Shown piece after piece: positions 28,390 through 42,200 of a stretch of DNA of 64,000 bases (its first letter is position 1; every line of letters starts with the position of its first letter). Made by a program: the position numbers and the translations under genes. The notes beneath the pieces are model-generated. The model saw only the letters and a list, made by a program, of their open reading frames with translations, did no database searches and was not told where the DNA came from. This DNA comes from Octopus sinensis (taxonomy: Eukaryota). The stretch is from NCBI RefSeq assembly GCF_006345805.1, contig NC_043012.1, positions 12,400,001 to 12,464,000 on the forward strand. The letters run 5' to 3'.

Positions 28390-28587
28390 GCAGGCCAACA
28401 GAAGAAAGAGTGAGAGAAAGTTGCGGCAAAAGAGTACAGCTGGGATCGCTACTACCCCCTGTTGGAGGCTTGTGAAGCTTTAGGTGTTTTCGCTCAATAA
28501 ACACTCACAACGCCCAGTCTGGAAATCAAAACCGCGATCCTACGACCGCGAGTCCGCTTCCCTAACCACTGGGCCAATGCGCCTCCA
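28390..28587 (-). mobile_element. tRNA-derived SINE (family C)
   Basis: Reverse complement ggaggcgcattggcccagtggttagggaagcggactcgcggtcgtaggatcgcggttttgatttccagact...aacacctaaagc. Confidence 0.85.
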
Positions 28588-28732
28588 CACACACACATAT
28601 ATATATATGTATATATATATATGTATGTAAATATATATATGTATATATATATATATAGTTAGTTAATCCAAACAAGAAAGCACAAAAAAACACAACAACG
28701 CGAGGACGTGGAACAAATATATATATACACAC

Positions 28733-28768
<36 letters not shown>

Positions 28769-28995
28769 GAATGTATGATGTTTGCAGATGTGAACACAAA
28801 TCAGTCCCTCCATATTTTTTAATATTTTTTTATTTTCTGTAATACTATACTTAAATATTGTCGTAATCTCTTTTGCTTTCTAATCGATGTTTCATTCCCA
28901 GAGGTAATTTAGCGATAGTTTTCATAACACCAGTTCGTTTCATGGGATTTGTTCTATACTACTACAACCATAACTACTACTACTACCACTACTGG

Positions 28996-29030
<35 letters not shown>

Positions 29031-29119
29031 GAAATAAATTATGTTACTGCTTCCAGCGTTGCTCCTAACATTGCTGCTGTTAGCTCTAATTTGAATGCCT
29101 ATAAAATCCGAGACAAAAA

Positions 29120-29137
29120 ATAGTAATAATAATAATG

Positions 29138-29184
<47 letters not shown>

Positions 29185-29266
29185 AAGAAGAAGAAGAAGA
29201 AGAAGAAGAAGAAGAAGAAGAAGAAGAAGAAGAAGAAGAAGAAGAAGAAGAAGAAGAAGAAGAAGA
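29120..29266. repeat. Compound (TAA)n-(GAA)n microsatellite
   Basis: Direct reading. Confidence 0.95.
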
Positions 29267-29438
29267 CTCTGAGAGCGCAAACCTCCGCCAACGTAACACC
29301 AACGTCCTCTCAACGATTAGCCAGAGATGATTTTTAAAATGAGAATTAGTATTCCTGTTGTTTTAGATCGATGTATATATGTATGTATGCATATATGTAA
29401 GTATACTATTAAATGTTAATATGTATGTGTAATATGTA

Positions 29439-29479
<41 letters not shown>

Positions 29480-29876
29480 ATAAGGGTTGACCACTAAGTG
29501 GACATCCAATATGCTACAAGAAGATCATCTACGATCTAAGCACAAAGAAAAGAATGTTCTCTAGAGAACTTCAGCAAACACCAGAACTTAAGTGGGTAAG
29601 ACAGATAAAAAATATATACAAAATACAGAATTAATCGAAGATGATTTCGTCATTCACGATTTTCCTTACGTAATCATCGGCCGTGGATTCTTCAGTACGA
29701 TCGTTGTAATTCAATATAATTTATAGAACTATACACGAGTTGTACTCATAAAATTAGACGTGTGTATAGTTCTACCGTTTACATAGGATTTATTTGCTAA
29801 TGTCTAAGTTCTTGCGCGCCAAATCCCAGAAGACAGTTCCGCAGTTAACTGCAGTAAACTATCTACTGCGGAACTG

Positions 29877-29912
<36 letters not shown>

Positions 29913-30204
29913 ATATATATATATGATTGATTGATTCTAGTTTCAGTTCACGAGCTGTGGCCATGCTGGGGCACCGCCATTTGGTGTTGCAACATGTTTT
30001 TACTTCACGAATGCTTTTTAGCAACTGCCATTTGGTGCATGAGAGAGTTCGATGCAGCTGCCCTCATCTGCACCTCCTGCCGTGAAGTTGGTTCATCTGA
30101 GATACCTGACAAGAAATATATAATTATTATTTGAGTGAATAAAATCCAAACTTGCAAGGAAAAAATTCAATTTAGAATACTCAATCAAATTTCAGACAGT
30201 ATAA

Positions 30205-30506
30205 TATATATATAAAAAATTAGAAAAAAAACACTCTTTATCAATTCAAGATGAACAATTGAATTACCCCATCTAGAAAATTACATATAATAGAAAAATA
30301 AAAATTAAAATAGCAATAAAATGTCAAAGATGAAGTAAATTGCAAAAATGATAATAAAAACCTATTATATATGTTATTATTATTATTTCTTGCAATTTAC
30401 TTAATCTTTGACATTCTATTGTTATTTTAATTTTAATTTTTCTGTTATATGTAATTTTCAAGATGGTGTAATTTAATTGTTCATTTTGAATTGATAAATT
30501 TTCTAA

Positions 30507-30520
<14 letters not shown>
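30205..30520. repeat. Imperfect fold-back element (~125-bp core arms)
   Basis: tcaattcaagatgaacaattgaattacc...aatgtcaaagatgaagtaaattgcaa pairs with ttgcaatttacttaatctttgacatt...taatttaattgttcattttgaattga. Confidence 0.85.
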
Positions 30521-30537
<17 letters not shown>

Positions 30538-30924
30538 AAAATATGTTAGTGTTATTTCTGAACGGTTTTGCTGCCGTTTGTTTATGTAGTTTGATTTCTT
30601 TATCCATCAGAATGATAGAGACGCGAGTAATATTAATAATAGAGAAACGAATATAAAACTTTGGAAGTAGCCAAAAGGAAGATAATTGAGAAAATCTTGA
30701 AATTCAACGTAAGATCGTAAGCATGTAAAATAAATATAACAAATGATCCAGAACCCATGTCCGATACCGGATCGATCCCAGAATCTAATCGGTTTGTGCC
30801 AGTCATGAGGCCTGACATCCCAGAAAGTTTCATCCGAATACATCTTGAGATATTTTATCCACGGGCATCTAAACAAACACGACTGACAACAACACTTCCA
30901 CCTTTGCGAAGACGGATGTATTAC

Positions 30925-30935
30925 TAATAATGATG

Positions 30936-30983
<48 letters not shown>

Positions 30984-31037
30984 GTTATAATAACAATAAT
31001 AATGATAATAATAATAATAATAATAATGATAATAATA

Positions 31038-31136
<99 letters not shown>

Positions 31137-31160
31137 GTAATAATAATAATAATAATAATA
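30925..31160. repeat. (TAA)n microsatellite
   Basis: Direct reading. Confidence 0.95.
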
Positions 31161-31893
31161 CGTGAAAACGACTAAATAATCCCTGTATCATCATCCTAGT
31201 GCAAAATAAATGTGTACTACACACGAATACAGGTAGGTATTTTCATATATTCATATACACACACGTGCATCTATAGGTGTATATATGTGTGTATACATAC
31301 ATACAGACATATATATATATATATATATATATATAGGGAGAGTTCACGAAAAAAACAGAAGACGAAGACAGGTGGTGTATAAAACAAACAGATGTATATA
31401 TATACATGTAGATACACACACATATATTTATACACACACACATATATATGTATGTATATATGTGTATGTGTCTTTGTATTTGTGGTGTCAAATTGTTTAT
31501 GTTAACCACATCGTTGATGAATAATGAGACTTTGAGAAAAAAGAAATCTGGTGTAAGGTCATGCAAAAGGAGTTGTGTTAAGAACGAGAATATACAGTGA
31601 ATTAACTTGAATATAACTAATCTTATTTAATCATTATGTATTTAAATGTAAGCATAACGCGTCGTGTCAATTTTTGTTCAGAGTTACACATAAGTTTCTT
31701 TACAATTTATTGGGATATTTGCTTCTGGTAGGCTTAGATTTCTAATCTTACATCTGTCATATTTTCATATATATATATATATATATATATGTATTGTATG
31801 TATGTATGTATATATATATATATATATATCTGTGTGTGTGTGTATAATTATACACATCCAGGTATATGTTCATTCACATACAATATATATGTA

Positions 31894-31960
<67 letters not shown>

Positions 31961-32626
31961 CGTGCCACCTAAGTAGACAAGGTAGGCAATGTCTATCTTC
32001 TATAAAAGAGATCCTTGTATGGTGTAACATGCACTTATTCAATAAAATTATGAAGGTTATTCTGATTACTATGCTTAAGATGCAAATATTTTATTTTTTT
32101 GCAGATTTACTGAAATGGAATCTGAAGCCTTGTCTCGCTCTTATGTTTGTAGCCGTTTGCGCAAACTTTCAGCATCCATTTTAATGAAAAAATGATGTGA
32201 ATATATATAGTCAAACATAATAGCATATATTTCCGCGCATTCGTACACACACACCAACCAGGTTATGGCATGATCTGCTAAAGTCCAAGCTATAGGATTT
32301 GGTAGGTTTCGCCCTAATATCTAAGTTATTTGTCTAAGGAATTGTAAACTACGTCAGAAGGAATAGAAATAATTAATGCTTCTGTGCGTCAGTTGAAATT
32401 AAATTTAGATAGATTTATCTGAGATAGTATCTTGAGTACGAAGTAAACTTGCTCTCGATCACCTTGTTTTAGATGAGAGATTTCAATCACCATGCTTCAC
32501 ATTTGTTTACAGGATTTGATGTTAGTCTCAATGTCTTGTCGGGAAACGATGTAATACTCGAGTATCGAACTAAACTCTGAACTCTCAATAGTTACAATGA
32601 AACACATCACCTGTAAATAGTTCTAC

Positions 32627-32830
32627 GTTGGTGAGCTGTCAAAATTGTTAACACACTGGAAAATATATACTTATTGCATTTTCACCTGTCTTTGTGTTCT
32701 GAGTTCAAATACTGGGGACTTTCATCCCCTCGGAGTCGATAAAATAAATATCAGTTGAGCACTGGTGTCGATTTAATTGACTTACCTCTTCCCCACTAAT
32801 TTTAGACTTTGTGCATATATTAGGAAGGAA
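32627..32830 (+). mobile_element. SINE family A
   Basis: ggtgagctgtcaaaattgttaacac...gttctgagttcaaat...gtcgataaaataaatatcagttgagcactggtgtcgat. Confidence 0.75.
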
Positions 32831-34105
32831 TACGTGTAAATGATTCTACATCTTTTTAATTCGAATGAAAGAGAATAACATCTGTCTTAGTATACTCAGA
32901 CAATATTAGCTAAATGATTTATGAACTAACTTGTTTCATGAAAATAATTTATAATAAATGAGTACAGAATATGATGATGTCTTTTATATATTGCATTAAT
33001 CTTAATCCTTCAATATATTGTAAATTAATATTGGACGAGACATCTAATGATACGTAGTAACTTTTCAATAAAACAACGTGGCTATTTAAGTATGATAAAT
33101 TTCAAGATAATTTTACAGATAATTGCAATTTAAAAGTACACAACATATACAGTAGAAGAAATTATACTTATATTTGTTTGTCTATAAGGTTGAAATTGTG
33201 AATGTTAACGTTAGGAATGCCAAATGAACGAAGTTTTTCAAATATTTTCATTAAAAACCTGTTCCTGGATACCTCCTCTATACCAACAGATGGATAAATA
33301 TACAAGTTATAGAACACTTCATTAAAAAGGAACAAGCATAAATATACGCAAGTATGCAATATGTTTATGTATTAGAGATTTCGAGAATATGATTTACAAT
33401 TATCGAAATTATACAACATGCTATCATATTAAATATATAATTGCTATGTATACTATAACTCTATATATAGTAATATAAAAAAAATTATTAAAGACAGAAA
33501 TGTGTACCTGGCTCCATGATCAAACTAAGCTGCAATATCTTCATTTACTTCTCTCGTAATGACCCAAACAAGTGAGTTAAATTTCCTAGCCACACCCTAG
33601 TACAATATGCAAGCAGAAACATGAAAAAGACAAAGGATCGGGTATTTTACGCCTGAGAAGCAGCGGCCAAATATTTTATCAATATCAACTTTACATAGGC
33701 GACATATGCCACTCTGCTGCACTGCAGAGCGAGTGTTATGTAGGGAAGATGCCATGAGCCATGTCACTGAAGACCTGTACATTAAAGAAGGGCTTCGACC
33801 ATGCACCAATATGGAGTCAATATATCGATTGGAATGGATTTACGTGTTTGTCTAAACTGAAAAATTGCCCGGAACTCGAGTGACGTGGTTATCCACACGT
33901 TGTTATATACATATATGCATTAATACATAGATACATACATACATACATACGTACGTCCATACATATACATATATATGTATATATGCATATATACATATAT
34001 ATGTGTGTGTGTATATATATATGTGTGCGTGTATATATGTGTATTTATAAGTTATATATATATATGTGTATATATATGTTATATATATATATATATATGT
34101 AGATA

Positions 34106-34169
<64 letters not shown>

Positions 34170-34182
34170 CATACAAACATAC

Positions 34183-34465
34183 ATATTCTGTTGTGTCTGG
34201 GGAGAGTCAATCTCTTTTAGTGCCTTTAATTTAACACACATAAAACCGGTAAAATTTCCACTCATTTACTTATTATTTTTCCAAAATTTTCGTTGCGTCT
34301 TGCAACCTATTCAATAGTTTTTGAAGAGTCACCTATTGAAAATGTGCAAATCGCTACGATAATTTCAGAAAAATAAATAAGTAAATGAGTGGAAATTTTA
34401 CCGGTGAGTGTGTTAAATTATAAGGCACTTAAAGAGAATGACTCTACTCAGACACAACAGAATAT
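34183..34465. repeat. Fold-back element (~135-bp arms) containing a perfect 28-bp inverted repeat
   Basis: accggtaaaatttccactcatttactta (from 34245) vs taagtaaatgagtggaaattttaccggt (to 34405). Arms extend out to atattctgttgtgtctg / cagacacaacagaatat. Confidence 0.9.
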
Positions 34466-34624
34466 TCTTCAATACACGAACTCACATAAAGAATCTTGCA
34501 AACTAAATCCAATAACGAAATATATACATATGTATATTTATATGTATATGTACACATATATTTATGTATGTAGTTAAATATATGAATATATATATATATG
34601 ACAGATATACATATATATATATAC

Positions 34625-34671
<47 letters not shown>

Positions 34672-34674
34672 TAG

Positions 34675-34795
34675 TCTTTTACTCTTTTACTTGTTTCTGT
34701 TATTTGACTGCGGCCATGCTGGAGCACCGCCTTTAGTCGAGAAAATCGACCCCAGTACTTATTCTATCGGTCTTTTTTGCCGAACCGCTAAGTGA
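34675..34795 (-). mobile_element. SINE family B 3' part
   Basis: ttttacttgtttctgttatttgactgcggccatgctggagcaccgcctttagtcgag...ttgccgaaccgctaag. Confidence 0.85.
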
Positions 34796-35091
34796 CGGCG
34801 ATATAAAATCATACATAAAATCTTCAGGAAAAATGTTCTGATCAGCTAAGCAATCATCAGCTCAGCTGGATAAAACAAGTGTACTATGAACCCCGGCATT
34901 GCTAGAAATAAGAGTCATGTTGTCTTCCACTGTCAGTTAAAATAGTACATGTGCTTTATATGGCTAAAGAGTCTATGACTCCTATTTCTCGCTAGCAATT
35001 CCCGCTCAGACTGCACCTTTCATCACTTTTAGTGATGCCGAATTATATCCTTTTTGTTTTCAAATTGCATCTAGCCACCATGATTATATAC

Positions 35092-35217
<126 letters not shown>

Positions 35218-36327
35218 AATCAAGGAACGGCCATAATAGGCCATTCACCCACTAGAAATAACAGCCAAAGCTTCAACCGCAAAATAACATTAATTCCGTA
35301 AACCAGGAGAAAATTAAAAAACATTTACCCTGTAATTTCTTATACGATGCACCGTTTCATCTACTGTTTAATGGTAAACTAACCTGATTAAATTAAATCA
35401 AGCCAATCTTCCATAGGCCCTTAGATTCGTCAGTAAGAAATAGCCAGATCGGAACAGATATTTTCACGAGGCATTTCTGTCCCTGCCTCGGCAATATCTG
35501 ACCTAAAATTTTCAAATCATCGCACTCGCGCCAAATTTATCGGCAGCAAATAAATATAAGCCGCCGATTCCATTACGGAATTAACCAGAAAATTCATAAT
35601 TAAATATATATATATATATATGTATGTATGTATGTATGCATGCATATATACATATGTGTGCATGTGTGCGATATCATATCGTTTAGGAATCAGGATCACT
35701 CCCGGATTGGAAATCTGCCTTTCATTTGGTTCTTTAACATCTAACACTGGAATCTTATCTAAAGGCATTTGGGTTACTGTTTCTAGCAGGTAAGGCGACC
35801 GTGTGAGGCAGAAGTGTTACCTCCTTTAGCTTTATGTTTTACTCAGGATTTTAGTGATTCTTTTACCATTTTCCAGTCTTCAGACTGCAGCCACGCTGGA
35901 GCACCGCCTTGAAGAGTTTCATTCGAACAAATCGAGACCAGTTCTTTCATTTTTATTGGCCTAATTTACCGAACTGCAAAGCTACATTAACGTAAACACA
36001 GCAACACCATTTATCAAGCGTTGTTGAAGGACAAACACAGACATAAAGTTCCAATACACACACACAACGCACTCGCGCGCACACATACACACATACACAT
36101 ATATTACTTCTATAAAAATTTTAAAGCAACTCCAAAAATTTGTGAAGTTACAAGTTTTTCATTTAAACTGACTTTAAAATAATGTCTCATTGTTGGTTAC
36201 CAATAAATACTTTATTATTAACACACTACCCAATTTTGGGCCGCAGGCGCAATTAACCCTCTGCAGGAGCCAGCATAAATATCCGCACGGAGTGCAGCAT
36301 TAAAGCTGGCACACACACATATATGTA

Positions 36328-36380
<53 letters not shown>

Positions 36381-36407
36381 GCATGCATGCATACATACAT
36401 ACATACA

Positions 36408-36438
<31 letters not shown>

Positions 36439-37725
36439 TCATATGTATATATATTTAATTTCATTATCCGCTGATTTGTCACCATATCTGCTCACTCGGA
36501 TTCCTCTCATAAACACTCTTTAGCCCGCAGGATTTGTGCCTCTTAAACACACCAGAGTCTTAGTTCAAATTATTTGAGCACTACAATGTATTTTCTATGC
36601 CTAGAATTGTTGGATCTCATCTGCTGACTATATTATAGAGTTTTAACCTATAACTAGTGTCAAACTCATCTCTTTAATTGCTAAGAAATCTTTCGTTTGG
36701 TCAAGCACTTCGTTCACTAACAATTCAATTCACTATCAATTCAGTAACAATGTAGTACCTCCATGCTGGAAGGCCTACGCCCGAAGTCGAAAGATTACAT
36801 TATAAAATAGAATACTCCCAGTATAAATATTACGGAAAACAGAAAGATGACAGTCAGTTATCTGTAAACATATACATATGCTTGAAATACACAACACGTA
36901 CTTATACTTATTAAATAAAATCTACACCCTGAAACCCTAATTATAAATATATATATATAAATCACAATACACAGTAGCACACACAAACTTCATGTATGTA
37001 CACGTACAATTGCGAATATAAATCAATATATATTTTGACAATTATACGAATTATACGAATATATGAATATAAATATACGAATATACGAATATAAATCAAT
37101 ATAAATTCGCAATCCAATTGCGAATATAAATCACATTACACAGTAGCACACACAGACTTCATGTATGTACACGTATACGCCATTACATAGAGTAACAATT
37201 TGTTTAATGTACATTACCTTCTTAAGATTATATTTTTTGGTGTTTGTCTAAGTATATTTTGTATGAAAGATATAAACTTGTTGCTGAATCTAAACGAAAG
37301 CACGCTTTTTTTAATGTCCGATTATTGCGCTTTTACATCATCAACGCTCATTAGATAGTGGATAGACTTGCTTAAGTTCTACTTTCGTTTTCTAATATAT
37401 TCTAAGTGTAGGCTTAGACAAAAGAATCATTGATATGAGCAAATATAACAAGCACCATTGATTTCATTCATGTTCCCGGCGAAGTCCAATTCCTCATTTC
37501 ATTTCCTATTCTGAGCTGTCTCGTTTCACTACTGTCATAAAATCATAAGCATTACAAAGTCACATTCCAAAAAACTTAATAAATTTTAGACTCTATTTTA
37601 TTTTTGAAGAAATCATCCTCATCATTATAATTAGAAACGTCAGTATGACAATTATTTTCTCGGTTATGTTTGTAATAATAATAACAATAATAATAATAAT
37701 AATATAATAATAATAATAATAATAA

Positions 37726-37756
<31 letters not shown>

Positions 37757-37826
37757 TAATAATAATAATAACAGCAATAACAACAACAATAATAATAATA
37801 GTTATTATTATTATTATATTATTATA

Positions 37827-37868
<42 letters not shown>

Positions 37869-38359
37869 ATTATTATTATTATTATTAAATTTCTCTATTT
37901 GAAACAATAATTATTTAAATATTAGGATTGGTATTTGAGGTAGGTGGCTATACAGTCATTTAGGGCGGGATCCTTTGCTAGTGTGTCTTGACTTTGTCAG
38001 ACGAGAAATGTTTGTCCGCCATTTGCATATCTTCTTGTTTAAAAAAATACTTATTTTTTTCTTTTGGTATTCAATGCGATGTTAAATTTGTTACTTTTTG
38101 AAGAAAATTTCTCAAGTTGTTGTTTAAAAGTATTTGAAAAAGAGAGAAGTGTAGAAATTGCCAAATACAAAAATGGAAACGAAAAAAATATGTGCATATA
38201 TTATTTCGTAGTTTTATTCTTTCTACTACTTAACGCGTATGTTTGGTTGTGTGTACATGCTGTTAAAATATTTTGAAGATGTCAATATATAATCCAAGTT
38301 ATTTTGAATTCATTATTTGGATTGCGCATTAATCCGCATTGTTATTACGTACTGTACGA

Positions 38360-39250
38360 TAAATTTATAATTTCTCTCATTTCTGCATCGTGTCAGCGAG
38401 CTTTGTTAAGCAGACTTTGGGAAAAGACATTTTTTCATGATCATTCGTGTCCTAGCTTTTAGGTCTCTGCACTCCCAATGCAAGATCGCGATTTCAATTT
38501 ACTGACCGGACGGTCTTTTAGGTTACTGAGCGAAACATTCGATATCACGTCGCCCAAATGAGTAACACTGTGACAGACTGGCGTCCCTTTGCTGGAGCTA
38601 ATGTGGTCTAGGTTGCTTATATACATTGGAAATCGGATGACCGGCTCTGACAGTTCGTCACAGGGACTCAAGAAATTAATCTCTAGGAGATTTCCATTTT
38701 TACATAAGAGGCTTGGGTTTGATTTAAGGGTGATCTAAGAGATATTTTTGAAGATTGGTTAATCACATCTTTTTTTATTGGATCCAACAATAGCTGTTTA
38801 TATTTTCAGCTGGATGTTAGATTCAGGCTTATATTATTGTTGAATATCAAGTTATTCAGCGTCACGGATGTTGCAGAGCCTATATTATAAAGCATTGCAG
38901 CCTTGACCATCTCATCAGATTTTGGGATCTCAAGAGCTATATAATGTAATGCACAATTCTTTGCTTTTCTTTCAAAATTTCCGTAGAAAGATTTGAATGC
39001 TGTTTCTCATGGGCTCGAGGAACAGATATACTTAGGATAGTCATTCTATAGAATTTGTCTACTAGACAACATTTTTATTTATATGCATTTTAATTCCGAA
39101 ATATTTGTACAAGGACTTTAGATATTCCAATGTCCTAAGTTTGAATGATGTAGTTTCATCGACCCAGGAAGGATGCGATTCAAAGTGAACCCTAGTGCGA
39201 TTTGGCCCCTTTTTATCATTAGGTCTCTTACTCATGGATGTCTGCATAAC
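38360..39250 (-). mobile_element. Possible very old non-LTR retrotransposon relic (RLE-type?)
   Basis: Non-microsatellite block. Interrupted translation gives YKYFGIK, LEIPKSDEMVKAAML and RSCIGSAETxxLGH...RxHDA, weakly like the YKYLG and C-x-x-C-ET-H...RHD motifs. Eyeball only. Confidence 0.25.
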
Positions 39251-42200
39251 ACAATGAGGCTTTTATATCTATATCGACACAAGGTTCCCATCATGTTTGT
39301 GTGTGTCTATATATGAGTCGGTGACATTCCTCATTGCTATCCAAAAGAATTCATCTCAAATATTTCTATATCAATAATAATGTTTGATACTCCAGGAAAT
39401 ATTCAGAAAAAACACGCTATACTTTTGGCATAAATGAAAAAGTTTTTTTTTGTTTTCTTTTGTTTTGTTTTCTTTTGCTAACGTTTCAAATATATTTGCA
39501 CAGCTCTATGGACAAAAAAGGTAATATTTCAAGATTCAATGATCTTTCAAAATTCTCACCGTAAGAAAAATGTGGACAAAGAAAGACAATGCTCTCTCCA
39601 TCTGTATTATTCTTTCTTTCGGTCAATTCCCTCGCCCCCACCAAAAAAATGCATTTCAGAAATGCAAAACCCTAATCACCTTTATGCAGGTATTTTTATC
39701 CAGGCGCAGCATATATATTTAACCATTATTCAATATATCATAAAATATATTTTGATATTTTGCGTCATGAAAATTTACAGATGGATCGTTACATTTATTG
39801 ACAATATTTCACCTATATCTATAATTCAAGATGGCCCCACTTTACTTTCCCCATAGCACTTGTTTTATCCGAACAGACGTGCATATACATTTATCTGTTA
39901 AATAATGTGCAAATATATATGTCACAGCCGGTATGTTATTCAATGCTTAAGCTAATCGGTACACAAACATGGATTATCTTGGTTGTCGGCGTCCAGTGTT
40001 AAGTTATTCGATCACTTTAACTACCTTAAATTAGCGTGTAGATGAATATTGCATAGGTATTTGTAAACTTAACGAGTAGAATAAGAGTGAGACAGTATGT
40101 GGCAAGTTTGTGGCTTATTTGGAGTACAGGTACAATCTTCTACGGTGTTTCTTTCTACCCATGTTCCGTTGCAAGGATTGAGTCTCCATAGGGGTATAGT
40201 AAACAACTTTTACAGAAGGTGGCACATGATTAGATCAAACTTAATAACGTTACCATTACCAAGGGAAATTCTGCGATAATGATGCCATATTACAAGCACC
40301 ACAAAATTGCAATGACTATAACTAATTACCATAATTTGTTCCCTGAAATGGAATTTTAGTGGCTCAATTTGATTGGCCACACAATCAAGAAGAACCGAAA
40401 CAAGTTAATAAAAGTAGAATGAAATGCTATAATTCCTGGAACCGTATCTACGGATGTCTTAAAAAGAAACATACATGGCGTGTGTGAAGGAAATAATTGT
40501 TTTAATCGGCACTACCTTTCATACAATTGAGGTAGATGAGTGTAAGGTAAGTACAGAAATGTAAATTATTTACTCCAACCACCACACAAAATGTGTGACA
40601 TTATAGTTATATTAGATATCAGTATAAGATAATACGAATTGTGTTACTGCGACACAACAATGAAACATAATGTCATAGAAATATTTTCTAGGTTAACTTT
40701 TACTTTTAAATTAGAAGAGCAGTCATGCTTACGTACTTAATACAATGGAGCAAAAGAAATTCGTTATAAATTAAATTGCATAGGTAACGAAAATAAAAAT
40801 CATCAGGGATTATCTTCATGAAAATTAAGGGAGGCCATTTTGATATTCAAATAGACAAAATTTCATTGGAGGAATTAGTGGTTTATGAGTTTGTTTTCTG
40901 GTAAGATTTGGTCAAAATTCTAAAAATGCTTTGATCTCATAAAACCTCCTCAATCAAACTTAGTCTCATATTTACTCAGCATAATTAGATGAATGAGTAA
41001 AGGGTAAAAATAGAACACCGCAATCTACAGTTCAACGTATTATCTCTTTGTGTCTGAACGGTTATACTTGTGTCACTGGCTTGCTGGCGCTGGTGCACTA
41101 ATTTGACTCTAGGTGGGCGCTCTCTCATCCATGTCTGTGTAGAAGTGTTTAATAAAGTGCTTTCTCCAAAGATAACTCGCATCTCCTGAAACAGTGAGCG
41201 AACTCATGACATTGTGATTGTAAGCCGTGTTGGTTAACCAGTAGGCAACATGCTTCCTTAAATATTAGAAAATTGTAACTATGTTTTAGTTATTTGTTTA
41301 CTGGTATACATTAAGAAGGTGGATGAATATTTTGAAACTGGAAATTATTTCAGCAATGCTTTGTTCATAAGGAACATAAAGTTATGTGGAACATAATTTC
41401 GAGACTGAAAAGTATATTTTAAAAAACGGACGGAAATATTTCAGAGAGAATTAATTTCATAGACATTAAAAGCCTTTGAGCAATACTCTCGGGAAGGTCA
41501 TATACATATACAGAGAAATGTTTCCTATATATGATAGAGTCATCATCGACAACAAAGCATTCTCCACTGGCTATATTCTCTCCAGCATTATCCTTCCTAT
41601 AGACATATTTTCAGTCATTGAGAAGGACAGGAGAGTACGAGCATGCTTATGCCTCGGTGAGGAGTTCTAACGAGGCCAAAAGCAGTCTAGAACGCCCACC
41701 TTACGTAGACTCCTTCCTCATTCCAGTCCGTCATTTTAATCAATTGATATTCGATATTTTTGATTATAACTCTCATTAATACTAATGACGTTCTTGCTTA
41801 TTACGAGAGAAAATCAAATTAAGCAAATATTTACTGACTAAGTACAGTATTTTAGTCAACTGTGTGTTTTGCTCAAAGGCCTTTTAAATGAACATAATGA
41901 CCTCTGAGATATTTCAGTATAAGTGCTAAAAACAATTACTAACTTTGGCGAAATTGGTCTATTTATTAATGAACAGGTTTATTTTGGACAGGTAAAAGAT
42001 AGAATAGCCATCAGTAGAATTTGAACAAAGAATATAGATGGACAGAATAAAACACTTCATAAAATATTTAATCCGAAGCTGTAGTGTCTCTAAGTCCCAA
42101 CAGTGTGAAATTATTAACTGTAATTTGAAAAATGATAATTGTATTTTACCGTTCTCTTCAGAATGACAAGGCTCGTAGGAGAGAATTTTTATGTTGTTAA

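Noticed and set aside
28655-28720. Penelope-terminal-like fragment (agttaatccaaac...aacgcgaggacgtggaacaa) as a ribozyme locus
   Set aside because: It is truncated by microsatellite before any core motif, and the family assignment is from memory only.
35384-35502. Minus-strand segment with good acceptor and donor
   Set aside because: Stops in all three frames. At best a non-coding exon, with no other support.
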